A stretch of 64,000 nt of DNA from Saccostrea echinata (GCF_033153115.1 NW_026889761.1:24800001-24864000), one strand, 5' to 3'; shown: positions 25,252 to 37,697, counted from the stretch's first letter. Program-made: numbers and translations. The notes: generated by a model from the sequence alone, not told the origin.

Positions 25252-28200
25252 TTATCTGAAAATGTCATAGTTTCCAATAAACTGAGCAGCCACATTTTGT
25301 GCTCTGCTAAGAGAAGCTTGTTGAATTTTATTCAGAGGTCGTTGCTTGATTGCTTTTGTGTAACAGTTCAGAGCTGTCTGGAGATTTCCTGAGGTCTCAT
25401 GACAAATCCCTAATATTTGCCAGGATATGTCTTTAAGAACAAGAGGTACATGGATTGAGTTATCACTCTCAAGAAGAGTATGGAGTTCACTTAAAACTTC
25501 ATGGGAATTCTCTGCCCCAGTTTGCAAGACACAGAGAAACTTCAGAAATAACAACATTACAAAAGGTGGGATGTTGAGTGTTGTTACATTTTCCTGTCTG
25601 CTTGCCTCTTGCTCTTGTGTTAGTTTTTCAATATAAGTGACAGAATTATACAGTCTGACATTCCAGGTAACAGCCTCTCTCATCTTCATTGTCAGAGTAT
25701 GGTCACTGAGAGCATGGATGTACCTTATGTCATTCACGTAGAAGCAATACATTAAGTATGGGAATGATAACCTGACCTTCATTTTTTTCCAGAAGAGCCA
25801 AGGCTTCTTTATATCTAAATGTTTTGTAGCAGTACATGGCTGTGAACAAAGTGTTAGACACAAATCCTATCCTTGATGCCAGTTTTACCATGTAGAGAGA
25901 AATTCTGTCGATGATAAACAAGTCTTATTGCCACTGTTTTTGTACTTGTTGTGGAGTAAGAAAGATATATTCTGAAATGAGAGAGCCAATATGTTTTCTA
26001 GACAGAGAAGGTGATACTCAGATAAATGTGATGATACGACATCTTCCACAGAGGAAAGGTACCTCAGACACTTGCTTAAGTCACATTTTCCCAATGTTGC
26101 TATTTCAAAAATTTCTTTGAATAATAAAATATCAAAATCGACCTCAGAAACAACTCCTTTTTCAAAAAGTCCATACAATTTTCTGGACAGAATTTTCTGT
26201 GCAGAGCCATGGATACTGGTGAACAAATTGTTTTCAGGGATGAAGAAACTTGGACATACCCCGAAGTAAACCCATTTTAGAATGATTTTGAAGCAGGTCC
26301 AAAAACAGTGTAGAAGATTCTGTGCACTCCACAAGACAATTGTACCTTGCTGAATAACCCAGAAAATGGCTGTTTTCATGTGATAAGAGCACAACAATTT
26401 TCCTTCTTCATTATTGTTTATAACTTCTTTGAGGAACAGCTTCAACAAGCCGTAAGTCAGAAACTGACAGTGATTCATTGTGTACACAAGCTTTTGCTCT
26501 GCCAGAGAGAAAGAAATTCTCCATCGCAATTCTTCATATCTTGAATGTTTATGTCCTATAGGCACAAAATGGCATCCTTTCCGAATAATTTCATGAACAA
26601 TTTCGGGAGGCGACCATTTTGAACATCTCGAGATCCATGATGAGGCAGAATGTGGCCAAAAATCACAGGAAAAACAGTGAGCATAGTCATACTCAATTGG
26701 TCCAAAGTTCCCACTTCCACATGGTCCATGGACAGAAGAATTAGGCATCACTGCTGAGCAGAAGACATCTCGAAAAATAGAACTTGAAATAAAAATATCA
26801 TCTTTGATTTTGACAAAGGAACATGCAACTTGATCCCAGTTTGATGGTGTGACCATTTTGAGCAGAGAAAATCCTGGTGGGCAGTCAGCTGGCTCTGCAA
26901 GAATTAGAGTCCGATGGATTGGAGAATAATTCTTAGCTTGATCAAGCCCCCAGATGACAGTGTGGTCACTTAGCCAATACATAAAGTCCCTGTCAGATCC
27001 CTGTAGTCTAAACCCTTCCCTGTGACTTCCACTTGTGTACAAAATTATCTGCGTTTTCCTTAGGTCATGTTTTTTAGCCTGATTTTCTATCAGTTCTCTC
27101 ATATCTATAATATCCCTTCTCATGGCTAACTGTTTTGATATCCCGACATGACTACACAATCCCATATACACGAGATCTTGCGTCAAATTATTTCTGAAAA
27201 AAAGGAACGAGTTAAAACTATAGTATCAAGAATCTTTATTTCTTTTCTTATCTTTTGTCCTTCATGTCATTTGTTTTTGTTTAATTTAGAAAAATTGTGA
27301 TTAAAACACACTTACATAGAGGCCATGATTATTCGTGCAATGGACGATTCACCTTTGCGAAATTGCAAACATTACTCATATTTATCTTTAACAAAGATAC
27401 CGTTTTCATCTATAACAGATAACATGTTATCTTCTGTCCACAATATAATATTGATATAAACAGCTTTTTCTATGAATTCTGTATGCGAAAATTGCTAAGT
27501 GTACTTGAATGTATTGTATTTAATTTTTTTTTCAGTCCGAGGTATTAATTTCTCTTGCATAATTCCTTGCTTTAATCCCTCGCAGTATCTGTATACTTTT
27601 TCATATACATTGTATTCTGCACAGTCTGCACTTAATTTAAGTGCAACCTAACATTACAAACTCGTCTTGCAGGTAATTTACATGAATATGAATCTTTTTG
27701 TGAGCTTCCTTCCGGTGATGTAGATTTTGTGAAATCTGTTGCTAACATTTTGACAATCCTACACAGACTTCTATAAATGTATTGCTATTCCTGCCTGAGC
27801 CCCCGGTGTTCTGTTGCATGGCTCCTTTACTGAAAGTCAATCAGAACTGACCGATTTATTGGTGTGACAGATATCAGACTAATTGAAACTGACTGTATTT
27901 GGTCCATCTTGTTTTAACTATAAAGGCCTTATGGTTGCTGTAGGTCTTGAGGTCATATAACTTAATGTCGCAGTTTTAAATGTTACTGCTTTTGTATGTC
28001 TCTCCCAAAAGTATAAAAAAAAAAAAAAAAAAATAGACTACCAGATATATAAGTTTATTATGTTTTGCTGTTAACATCAGTACTTAATGTTGTTTCTTAT
28101 TTATAAAAAATGGGGAAAATAATTAAGGAAGCAAGTCCTTGGAAGCTTATTGAATAGTCATAATTGAACTTTTCATTTCGATACATATATGTTATTAAAC

Positions 28201-28596
28201 AGCATTTCCTTTCAATTAACTTTTAAAGTAGTTATTTTTAAATGGTGCATAATTCAGATTCCTACGGACATTTATTTCAAAAAATCGGAATGAACTTTCT
28301 GAAATTCAGAATCCTTGAAATATAATTTCTTTGTGATATTTGCTCATTTTTACGTCATAGAAATTTAAATATACTGATAAGAACAAAGAACAGACTACAA
28401 ATTAATAAATAGAAGAGAAATTGAATGGTTAAAAACCAACTGCGGGGCATTTTGCTTCATGTAAAATATCTCTAAATTGGTGTGAAGTGAATATCATAAT
28501 AAGCGTAAGCAAAACCAAAAAAATTTATGTTCATAATGCTAGTATTTGTTTTGGTTCAATTTACCTGACATATACAATCATGTCATTAATATTCAT
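25252..28596 (-). pseudogene. cGLR-B: Mab-21 nucleotidyltransferase with C-terminal TPR, ~657 aa if restored; two mutually compensating frameshifts (pseudogene, null allele or assembly error)
   Basis: Predicted exon 1 at 28596-28565 (MNINDMIVYV, AG|gtaa) joins in frame to exon 2 from 27193 (tttcag|A AAT AAT TTG). Motifs: SGSHREGFRLQGSDRDFM, HGPC, YDYAHCF, HFVPIG, WRISFSLAE, LCSYHMKT, PSFFIPENNLF. TPR-like end ISWQILGICHETSGNLQTALNCYTKAI. The correct reading passes through the 25730-25921 ORF between a 1-nt loss (~25921) and a 1-nt gain (T7 at 25782-25788). Confidence 0.85.
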
Positions 28597-28917
28597 GTCA
28601 CGGAGCGGATGAGTAAGATCCGGAAGTCAGAAATGGCCACAAACTTATTCGGTTTATCTGTTGACATATACTCGGTATGGTCAGTAGGTCTTATCTAAGG
28701 CAGGTATCAAGATGCATGTTTGTGGACCTATATATGTAAAACGTATTCAGCAAACTTACATTTTTCTTTCTGCACTAAAACGGAAGTTTATTGTAATTCG
28801 GAATAGAAATGATGGATTGTTATAAGCAGCAAGCTGTTACACGTGTACATGTTTAATATGCAAGTAAACATCTTTGTGGGTTTTCCGTTGTACAGTAACT
28901 CAGTGGAGGATATTTTT
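28597..28917. promoter_or_regulatory. Putative bidirectional promoter shared by cGLR-B and cGLR-C, including the non-coding first exon of cGLR-C
   Basis: ETS-type motifs CCGGAAGT (28620-28627) and ACGGAAGT (28780-28787), plus a YY1-like aaatggcc (28631). Outward-facing splice donors at 28563-28564 (minus) and GTAAGT 28918-28923 (plus). Confidence 0.6.
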
Positions 28918-30151
28918 GTAAGTATTTCACTACGCCACATTTCCTTTAGGTTCACTTACCGCAAAGAATTAAAATTTGTTTCAATAAAACGGTGTCAATA
29001 TGTATGTTTATAATGTAACTAGAGCTCCTGTTAGTACCTCAGATGTGGGTCACTGATATCTGACTTTTGACAACGCGAAGCTCTTGTGTAAAGTCTATCT
29101 GATAGAGATTTTGGATATTTCATGCTATCTTGTAAGTAGCTCTTGTATAGGGGTTTTCCCCACTTTTCATTACATGTCAACTGCGTATGACTTGGGTTTA
29201 GTGTTTGACATGTCCTTTTTCCGTCCTTTCTTCTTTCTATCATTCTTACCTCAAAATCTGCGTTAAGCTTAATTTTAACCTATTCATAGATTTTACATAT
29301 TTTCCTCTAAAACTCGATCGAAATCTCTCAGTCTCTCGTCAACAAAAATAAATGACGCGGTTCATGTGGATTATGGTCGTTTAATTTAGGCATGTATGCC
29401 TCAGTCGTGATTAAATAAATCAAATGTACAGTTGCTGTCCTTCTGATGAGTGTGACACGAAGATATTTGATGTTTTGTTTGACTTTCTCCTCACTTTTCT
29501 ACGTTTTGTGCTGAGCTTATTTTAAGACATTGTTCAAGATATTTTCATCAAACTGTCACATAATTTCAGATGTTAGAGATATCATTCTGCTTGATCATGA
29601 CCTAAGCTTTCCCCAGTTTTCGTTGAGCACGGTTAATTCAGATTCTGTTCAAGATATTTTTATCAAATTTCATGCTTTGACAAAAAATGTTGAGAATTAA
29701 TCAACGGTTTTAACATTTTTCATCTTGGAAGGAAAAGCTTATTTTTAATCTTGTGCAACTTAGCACTTAATACAGTTTCGGAGAAAGTTTTCAAAAGATT
29801 TTTATCGTGCACTTTTCATGCACTGATACATACTGATGATAGCACATCAAAGGTTTCTTTTCTTTTTTTTTTATTCAACCTTCTGTTTGATTTTTATCTT
29901 GCATTTTTTCCTGTTAAGCTTACAGCTATCTTTTGTTTTTCTTTCTTCATATTTTACTACTGGTGATTTGAAAGAAATAAGGAAAATTTCTTTTTTATGT
30001 TGTAATACAAATGTACTATAAGGCGGAGCATTCATGTCCTATAAATCATTTTCTATTTTTTTTTTTTTTTTTTAATATTTAGTTTTCTAGCCATTAGTAA
30101 GTGTAATCATATAATTATAGTACCATTTTCATTTCAGTAATTGAACAGGTC

Positions 30152-32377
30152 ATGGATTTCCTTCCGGAATATGTTCCTATCGACATTGATGCAATTTCTG
30201 GTTTTCCGACCCTCCATCTGTCTTATATTATGGAAATTCTTATCCCAAGACGATATGTCGGAAAAGAAAGAATTCGAGATCAAATAGACAAAGTCTTTAA
30301 TGGAATGAATGCAATTCAACTTGATGATCTAAAAGTAATCCCCATAGGAAGCAAAGCAGAAGGCTACAACATTCCGGACGCTGTGCTTGCCACGAAAGGG
30401 AGTATCGAGTTTCTATCAGATGTTGATGTTATTTTAACAAAAGAAAAAATCTTGGTTTGTAGCGACAAAACAATGATGGCCGATGAAAAATATATGATGT
30501 ATCTGGATACAGAAAATGTTCATCCAGGATACTGTAGGCTTCAACTTATAAAGAAACCAAAAATGGATCATTTTGCTGTGTTGCATGATGCAGAAACAAA
30601 CACTTACTTCATGAGTGGAACGAAGTACCAAAAAGAGTTTCTAAATCAGATTCCGATGGATTCAGAAGCTGAAAGGGAAATGTATGAATTACATGGACCT
30701 GCTCTACAATACCAAGATACAAAGCCTTTTACATATGACAGACGTCATCAGAAAATGATCAACCCATACGACCATATACATGGATTTCACTGTGATGATT
30801 GGCCAAATGTTGCGGACGAGTGGAGAAGACGGCAACGCACCAGTGAATGGATTAGTAGTGAACTCATTGAATCGATCGTTTCCAAAGGTTGCTATGCTGT
30901 TCCAGTGCCTCACAAATTGAGCAAAACCCCAGACGTAGAATGGCGGATTTCATTTGCTGAAGTTGAGCAGATGATCGCAGAATTTGCAGTCACCAATGCA
31001 CAAAGACAGTGTTTTATTTTTTCCAAGCTTTTAAGACACCAAATTCAGGAGGAAACTTCTCAGAAGTTTTTATCCTCCTACTGTCTAAAGAATGTCTTTC
31101 TTTATTGCTGCGAAAAACTCCCTGTCAGTGCTTGGGATGAAAACCCAGGGTCCTGCCTTATGTATTTGCTTGACTCCGTTGCTGTTTGCTTACAACAGGG
31201 TGTCTTGCCCAACTATTTTATTCCAGAAAACAACCTTCTTGATCTTTTCACCGAGGAAGACATTAATACATCTATGATTTTACTGAAAATGATGAGAAAA
31301 AACATATTACCACCTGTGTTAAGGTTTAATGACAACCACATTTTAGTATTTGAACGGAATGGATGCTTGACCACAAGAGTGACCTTTAGGTCCGTAATAG
31401 CGTCCGTGTTAGAAGACATTCCTTCTTACACCGAAACTAGAAATGTAGTAGCGTCTTTGACTGGTCCTTTCATGAAAACACAATGCGATATTGCTTTGAT
31501 CAGACTGAAAGAAAACTGTAGTCTTTTTCAATATCATCAAGCCTTCTTTGATTATTTCTTAAGATCACACTTGCCAGCTATTCATATCATTGACCTGTTT
31601 AATCTCATTGGATTGAATTTAGGTGATACTGAACTTACCCAGAAATATTTTGAATCTCTCTTACAACTCCAAAACCAGTATCCAGATGTTGTAAAACTGA
31701 AAGGAAACTTAGCGTGCATGTATTTTGTCGGATCTCGGTTAGTGAGCTACCCTTCAGACGAACAACTGGTCAGAGCCGAAGAACTTTTCAAAGAGGTTCT
31801 TGCATCCGAAGGTGTGCATTTCCCAACAACCGTTGATTTTGCAAATTACCTGTGTTATGTACAAAAATGGAGAGAAGCGGCATTACTTTTGGAGCAGTTT
31901 ATCCATTTTGAACAGGAATCTCACAACCTCAGTAACTGTTACAATACAAATGAAAATGTTACTCTTGACCAAATGTTACAAAGGGAGTTTTCTCATACAA
32001 ATATGCTTCACATATCCTCTTTGACTTTGGCGTATTATTATCTGATAAAATGTTACACAAACTTGAATCTGCCATTTTTGGATATCATGAAGAAGTTTGA
32101 AGAGCACTGTTCCTTTACTCAAGTTGGAATTGACTTTCAGTTACTCGGATACTGCTATATGAACTGTGCAGATTACGACAAGGCTTGTGATGCGTTTATG
32201 AAAGTTTTAGAATTGGATCCAAGCAATGATGTTGCTGCTGCAAACATTGCTGTTTGTCAACAAAAACTTAAAAGTGAAAAAAGTCAAAACCCCAGCAGTC
32301 TGCAGCAGATGCTGTTAAAAGGATTTCTTGTTGCCTTGGAAATCGTAGAAATGATGGTGCGAAAACATTTAATATAG
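30152..32377 (+). CDS. cGLR-C: Mab-21 nucleotidyltransferase with C-terminal TPR repeats, 741 aa, single coding exon
   Basis: PIGSKAEG...SDVDVIL, HPGYCRL, HGPA, YDHIHGF, WP...W, GCYAVP, EWRISFAEVE, LSSYCLKN, LPNYFIPENNLL. Canonical TPR LLGYCYMNCADYDKACDAFMKVLELDPSN. Candidate acceptors at 30137 and 30148. Confidence 0.93.
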   Translation: MDFLPEYVPIDIDAISGFPTLHLSYIMEILIPRRYVGKERIRDQIDKVFNGMNAIQLDDLKVIPIGSKAEGYNIPDAVLATKGSIEFLSDVDVILTKEKILVCSDKTMMADEKYMMYLDTENVHPGYCRLQLIKKPKMDHFAVLHDAETNTYFMSGTKYQKEFLNQIPMDSEAEREMYELHGPALQYQDTKPFTYDRRHQKMINPYDHIHGFHCDDWPNVADEWRRRQRTSEWISSELIESIVSKGCYAVPVPHKLSKTPDVEWRISFAEVEQMIAEFAVTNAQRQCFIFSKLLRHQIQEETSQKFLSSYCLKNVFLYCCEKLPVSAWDENPGSCLMYLLDSVAVCLQQGVLPNYFIPENNLLDLFTEEDINTSMILLKMMRKNILPPVLRFNDNHILVFERNGCLTTRVTFRSVIASVLEDIPSYTETRNVVASLTGPFMKTQCDIALIRLKENCSLFQYHQAFFDYFLRSHLPAIHIIDLFNLIGLNLGDTELTQKYFESLLQLQNQYPDVVKLKGNLACMYFVGSRLVSYPSDEQLVRAEELFKEVLASEGVHFPTTVDFANYLCYVQKWREAALLLEQFIHFEQESHNLSNCYNTNENVTLDQMLQREFSHTNMLHISSLTLAYYYLIKCYTNLNLPFLDIMKKFEEHCSFTQVGIDFQLLGYCYMNCADYDKACDAFMKVLELDPSNDVAAANIAVCQQKLKSEKSQNPSSLQQMLLKGFLVALEIVEMMVRKHLI

Positions 32378-32544
32378 AGAACCTTAAGTGGAATATGAGT
32401 ACCAGATCAAGAACGACCCATACTGGAAACTGAAAGCTTCCTCGTACTCTACTCCACCCGAACGCAGCTTGGAAATACTGCAGGAACAACCTTACACACT
32501 ATGATACTACTTACGTGTTATAGAAATATCCAATATCCAATTGA

Positions 32545-33015
32545 AACAAGCATTCTGAGAGTATTGCATTAGCAATACTAGTCCCCTACCGGCAAGTGTA
32601 ATCTGGTTCCGTTCCCGTTAAGAATTGAAAATGCCATAATTCCGTCAAAAATTAATGGAGCGGGACGAAATGCAAACTTGATCTGTAACTAATCAAGGTA
32701 AAGCCACATACCAAAAATCAGCTCAATATCTACAAGCTTTTAGAAGAAAATTGCGGAAAACCCGAAAAAATTGAAAAGGCCGTAATTCCGTCAAAAATCA
32801 ATGAAGCGGAACGAAATGCAAACTTGATCTGTAACTCATCAAGATACACTCACATACCAAAAATCAGCTCAATATCTGCAAGCGTTTAGGAAAAAAGTGC
32901 GGAAAACCAAGTGGGACAGACTGACAGAGGGACAGACAGACAGACAGACAGACGGACGGACAGACTCAGAGGAAACCTATAGTCCCCTCCGGTTTCACCG
33001 GTAGGGGACTAATAA
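32545..33015. mobile_element. Helentron-associated non-autonomous element (HINE / CvA-pearl type)
   Basis: Sub-TIR tagtcccctaccgg, two ~150-bp tandem units, a (gaca)n microsatellite and the terminal palindrome tagtcccctccggtttcaccggtaggggacta. Confidence 0.88.
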
Positions 33016-36000
33016 CTAGCCTTTCATTGATTGGCTATTGATATGACTCAAATAAAACGGATAATAGTTTATGGTGATTATTTTTCTTCAGAAAAAAAAG
33101 AATTCATTGTTTTTCCGTACAAACATCATAAAGAGCATTAAATTTCACTAATAATATATTTTATCATTTGTGATGAATTTGCATCAGTAAATTAATGATA
33201 TTCTATTATTAGTTGACCACCCTGTTAACCACTAATGATGCAGAGTCCACTATTGTATCTATGGATACGATTGAAGCACAAATTTGTCCATTAATGACAA
33301 CAATGATACAAATATATCATTGACAGATTCATTCCTTAAGTTACGTTATTTTATTAGTAGATTTTACATTGTTAGTGGTTACTGCACACTAGTACACAGT
33401 ATTGAAAATTTCACACGCGAGAGCCCTAAAGATAGATTGTACAACTCTGTTACGAGCGCTCTCTATATAATATTTACGTAAGTTCTTCAAAGAAGGCGGT
33501 ATTTAATATATATTTAGGAAGTTCTGAGCAACTTACATTGGAATAACATTGCTGATTCTTGCGAAATACGTATTTCTGATAGAAAATGTTAATGGTTACA
33601 ATGAACAATCGAAGCCGTCCATATCTTCAAGGCGACACAGTGACCGTATTCGGACCGTCTTATATTATTCGGTTGCACAATTCTTGACAACATTAATCAA
33701 GTTATGTTCAGTGAGGAAGACTTTCTTGTAGAACTAAAATACCAGCCTTCGTTTATATCACTAATTAGATAAAATGTATTATGCAACGGTTCTATATATG
33801 TTGTCATTGGAATTTGTATTTTGAAATATTGAGGGCATTATGTCTTAGGAAGCAAATACACTATTTCTACAAAAAACAAGTTGTTAATGAATTGTTTTTA
33901 TGAGTATATAACTGTTAAGCTTAGTTGATTCTCCAGAGATTAAGGTCAGACGACACGGTCTTCAATAATATATAATTTCTCCCAAGAATTTGTTAGTAAA
34001 GCATTGCTACTTTAACAAGTTTCCTCACAAAAAATTGGGGTACCTTACCAGACATTCTTGCAAGATACCAGAAGATGGTTTTTCTTATACATGTATAGTC
34101 CTATAGGAAATCACCAATATTGTCAATAATACTCAATATCGTAATTATTCCTGTACTTATTTTAAAAACATTCTGAAAACAGATTAGAAATCACAAGATA
34201 ATGATAATAATTATTAATTTGTTGTATATTACGAAGAGATACAAACTAGATGTTTGAGGAACGTGTCGTCTAATCTTAAGAAACTCACCAATTACTGCAT
34301 GGCACATAAAGTCATTCAGGACGTATTTTCTTCAAGGTGTTGGTAAACAACTTAAAATGTTGGTTTGAGAAACTTTCCAGCAAAAGACTGATATATTTTC
34401 TCTTCGATGCATTTTTTGCTTCCCGAACATTTTTAATCGCTATTCAGAAAAAGCAAATTTATATATGCACCACTACTCAATTTTGCCGGTGTGTTTCACT
34501 AGAGCCTTTCCTCGTCATCGGACTCGAGGCATTCGTAGCTATGGTGCTTCAATTTTTCTGTATTTTCCAGTTGCTTTTTCAAACGAACTCTGTTGCTTCT
34601 GAATCAGCTTTTCTGTTGTTTTATCAGCTTTATGTGGTAGAACACTTCTGAGACTTAGCTCTACAGTTCCACTATATCTACCGACGACTCTAGATGATCA
34701 TGGTACACTGTAATTTTTGATAGTGTCTGACTCTCGACTTATTGTAACAATACAGTTGTTTAGCAGAAACTGTTATGTGCCATTGCAGTACATTGTTGTC
34801 TTGGAAGGTCTAGGAATTTAGCAGCTCTTTGCTTTTGTTTGGTATTGGATGGGAAAGTAACAAAGTGCTGCTGCGGAGAAAGATATATGATAAAATACTG
34901 TCTAGAGAGAGAATTTGAAAAATGGCATTGAAATTGCAATCTCACTGCTGCCGATTGCATATCTGTATATCTCTGTCATATATATGTTTTTAAAATTCGA
35001 GAATCAATGTTAAAGGTATATTCAGTCAATAAATCTATCCATGTCCTTCTAAATGTGGCGGACACACAGATTATGACAGAATCCCTTGTTGAGCAGGATA
35101 AAATATGCAAAAGGGCTTGTCTCCTCTGGAGAAATTTTTTCGATGGCTATAGAAACGATAGTGCAATCAATGAAATTATTAATACTTCGACTGAAGAATG
35201 TACACCAAAATGCACTCTGTAAACTTGTATTGCACGGACAGGGTTTAGTCGTGACTGAGGGATGTGTATTCATTGTTTGTGTATTGTTTTATAATATAGA
35301 TACATTCTTTGTTCACATGCTAATCTCCATAGATATCTTTGCGATACCCTTCAATATCCCCTTATCTGTGACGTCATCGGTACGATTCCTGCTCATACGA
35401 ACCAAGTATCAATAAATGACAATCAGATCTCGTTATGATCACAGGATTTTTTTATCGGTTTAAGTTTTAATCAAATCTCGGGTGGCATATCAATCAAGCT
35501 TTAAAAATACACCAAGAATAGGCATCAAGACCAGATCCTGATTCTAGATCCGAGTGGTTGCGATGTGTAAAACTGATTACTTGTAGTGATTTATTTTTCT
35601 CTATTAAAATGAAGTGTGTTGCTCAGCTGTCAATGCATGTTCGGTCAAACAGAAGAAATAATCAGGATTAAAACATCCAGTAGTTCAGATACGATTGAGA
35701 AAATCGACATGTGATTAATTTCCTTCGAGATTTACAAGGTGCTCTTTATTTGAGTGTCAATACGAATACACACACAGTCATATAAAGTGAGCAATTTGTT
35801 TGCGACCTGATATGGGACTGTTAATCGCCGATCATTAAATGTTTTCTGTTCTTTTTAAAAACACATACTTGAAGCATTAAAGTTTTGGATATATTGGTGC
35901 TATAAATGGAAAAGCCCTCCTCAATAGGTGATTGAGGCTTTAATACAGGGAAGTATTTCATTTCGGATACATATTGCAGTCATTTAAAGTGTAAACAGGT

Positions 36001-36604
36001 GAAGACATGGATTTGAAGCTTGGAAAATAACAGGTAAGGTTTTTTTTTCTTAAACTGAATGAATATATTTTGTGATAATTTGAAACTAATTTACTACAAT
36101 TTCTCGGTATTGATCAATTAACATTAGAAATTTGTGATATTTTCTTTAGAAATAACTGGGAGTAGAGATGGATGCCTTTTACGCAGAATATATTTGAATG
36201 TTTTCTATGTAAAATAACTTAATAATTCAGACCTGCTCATGATTTTTAGCAATTTATACGAATAGCCGATTCATAAATAAAATAATTATTTAACATGTTT
36301 TGACATAAAATATGGATTCTTGAATTCGCTAAGGTGATTATGAAAGGTTTTTAGTTATCATTCTCTGCTCTTCATTACTTAATAAATCTTCTATGTACGG
36401 TTGCAAGTATTCGTTTAGTAATACTTACATGCCAATAAATCCGGGGTTATAGCCCAATAATGAGATCGTATGACATCATGATATGTGGCTACTGTCTCAG
36501 ATCTGATTACGGAAAAGGATGACAGAACGTGATTGGAGGGGAAATTTTAAAAAATACTAATGTATAAAATGTTGTGTCCGTTTTTTTTTTTTTTGTTTTT
36601 TTTT

Positions 36605-36651
<47 letters not shown>

Positions 36652-37697
36652 TTTCTTATGATGAAAGCAAACTTCTCGACTTATATAGTGTAAATTTTCA
36701 TGTGCTCTCAGATCTAATTATTTTTTGCTGTATTTAATGCTATATATATACTTTCGGTGTGTGCGTCCTTAAATTTATCCATTTTTGGCTCAGTCCATTA
36801 TCTTAAATCATTTGATACCTTTGAAGTTTTTATAGGCTTGATTTAAAATTCATACGATATATTTATTTGGCGTTTAAAGACAAAGATTGAGAATTGATAT
36901 ATTGGCATGTTAAGTATAGGTAAACCTGGAGTGTTATCTAGCTTTTATAAACGATGTAACAAATATGGTAGACAATAGTGGAATGTTAAGAGCGAATGCA
37001 TCAAAATTTTATTTCTTTAATTGTACCTTTATTCTTAGCCCAAGATATTCTGTGCAAAATTTCCTTCATGTAAACTTATTTTCGATATGACTAAATGTAA
37101 ATTTATTTTAATATTTTGCGACAACTCTTTTTGTTTGATTTCATAACTTAAACGATTTTTTTCTCATAAAATTCAGGACACTGTGTTCTATATATCTAAA
37201 CAGTTTCTTACGGTTGCGTGTATTGGCAACATTTATTTGTTAAATAACTCGCGGAGCAGTGCATGAATGGAATACCAATTAAAAGTAAAGTGCAAAAAAG
37301 ATTATGGAGACTTGTTATTTATAGACCATGTAAACACTTCAAAGGGTATAAGAAACATTGGAATTAATCCAGCATTAACCAAACCCGTGTCTTACTTAGT
37401 CATTCCTCCTTTATGTTCTAATCCGAGTTTTCTCAGACAAACAAATGATGGGCATGAAAGCACCAAGTTTCAATATTTGTTCAGTAGCCTAAAACTAATT
37501 GATATGAAGAAAATTTAAACCCCAATCATAATTTTACAGGGTTGGATTATATCTGAAGTTCATTACATTTGAAATTTTGGTTTGAACAGGAGAGGCGATG
37601 AAACACCTCTACAGTTGTGCTTGAGGCAAAGAATCAACATTAAATCTCTGGGATTTCACTATTTCCGATCTCCTGATGAAATAATATCAACATTTCA

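Noticed and set aside
25252-25863. Separate 203-aa TPR gene
   Set aside because: It is the frameshift-separated C-terminus of cGLR-B.
34300-34965. Coding-like minus-strand sequence
   Set aside because: Stops in all frames and no recognisable homology. Possibly a decayed gene, but unsupported.
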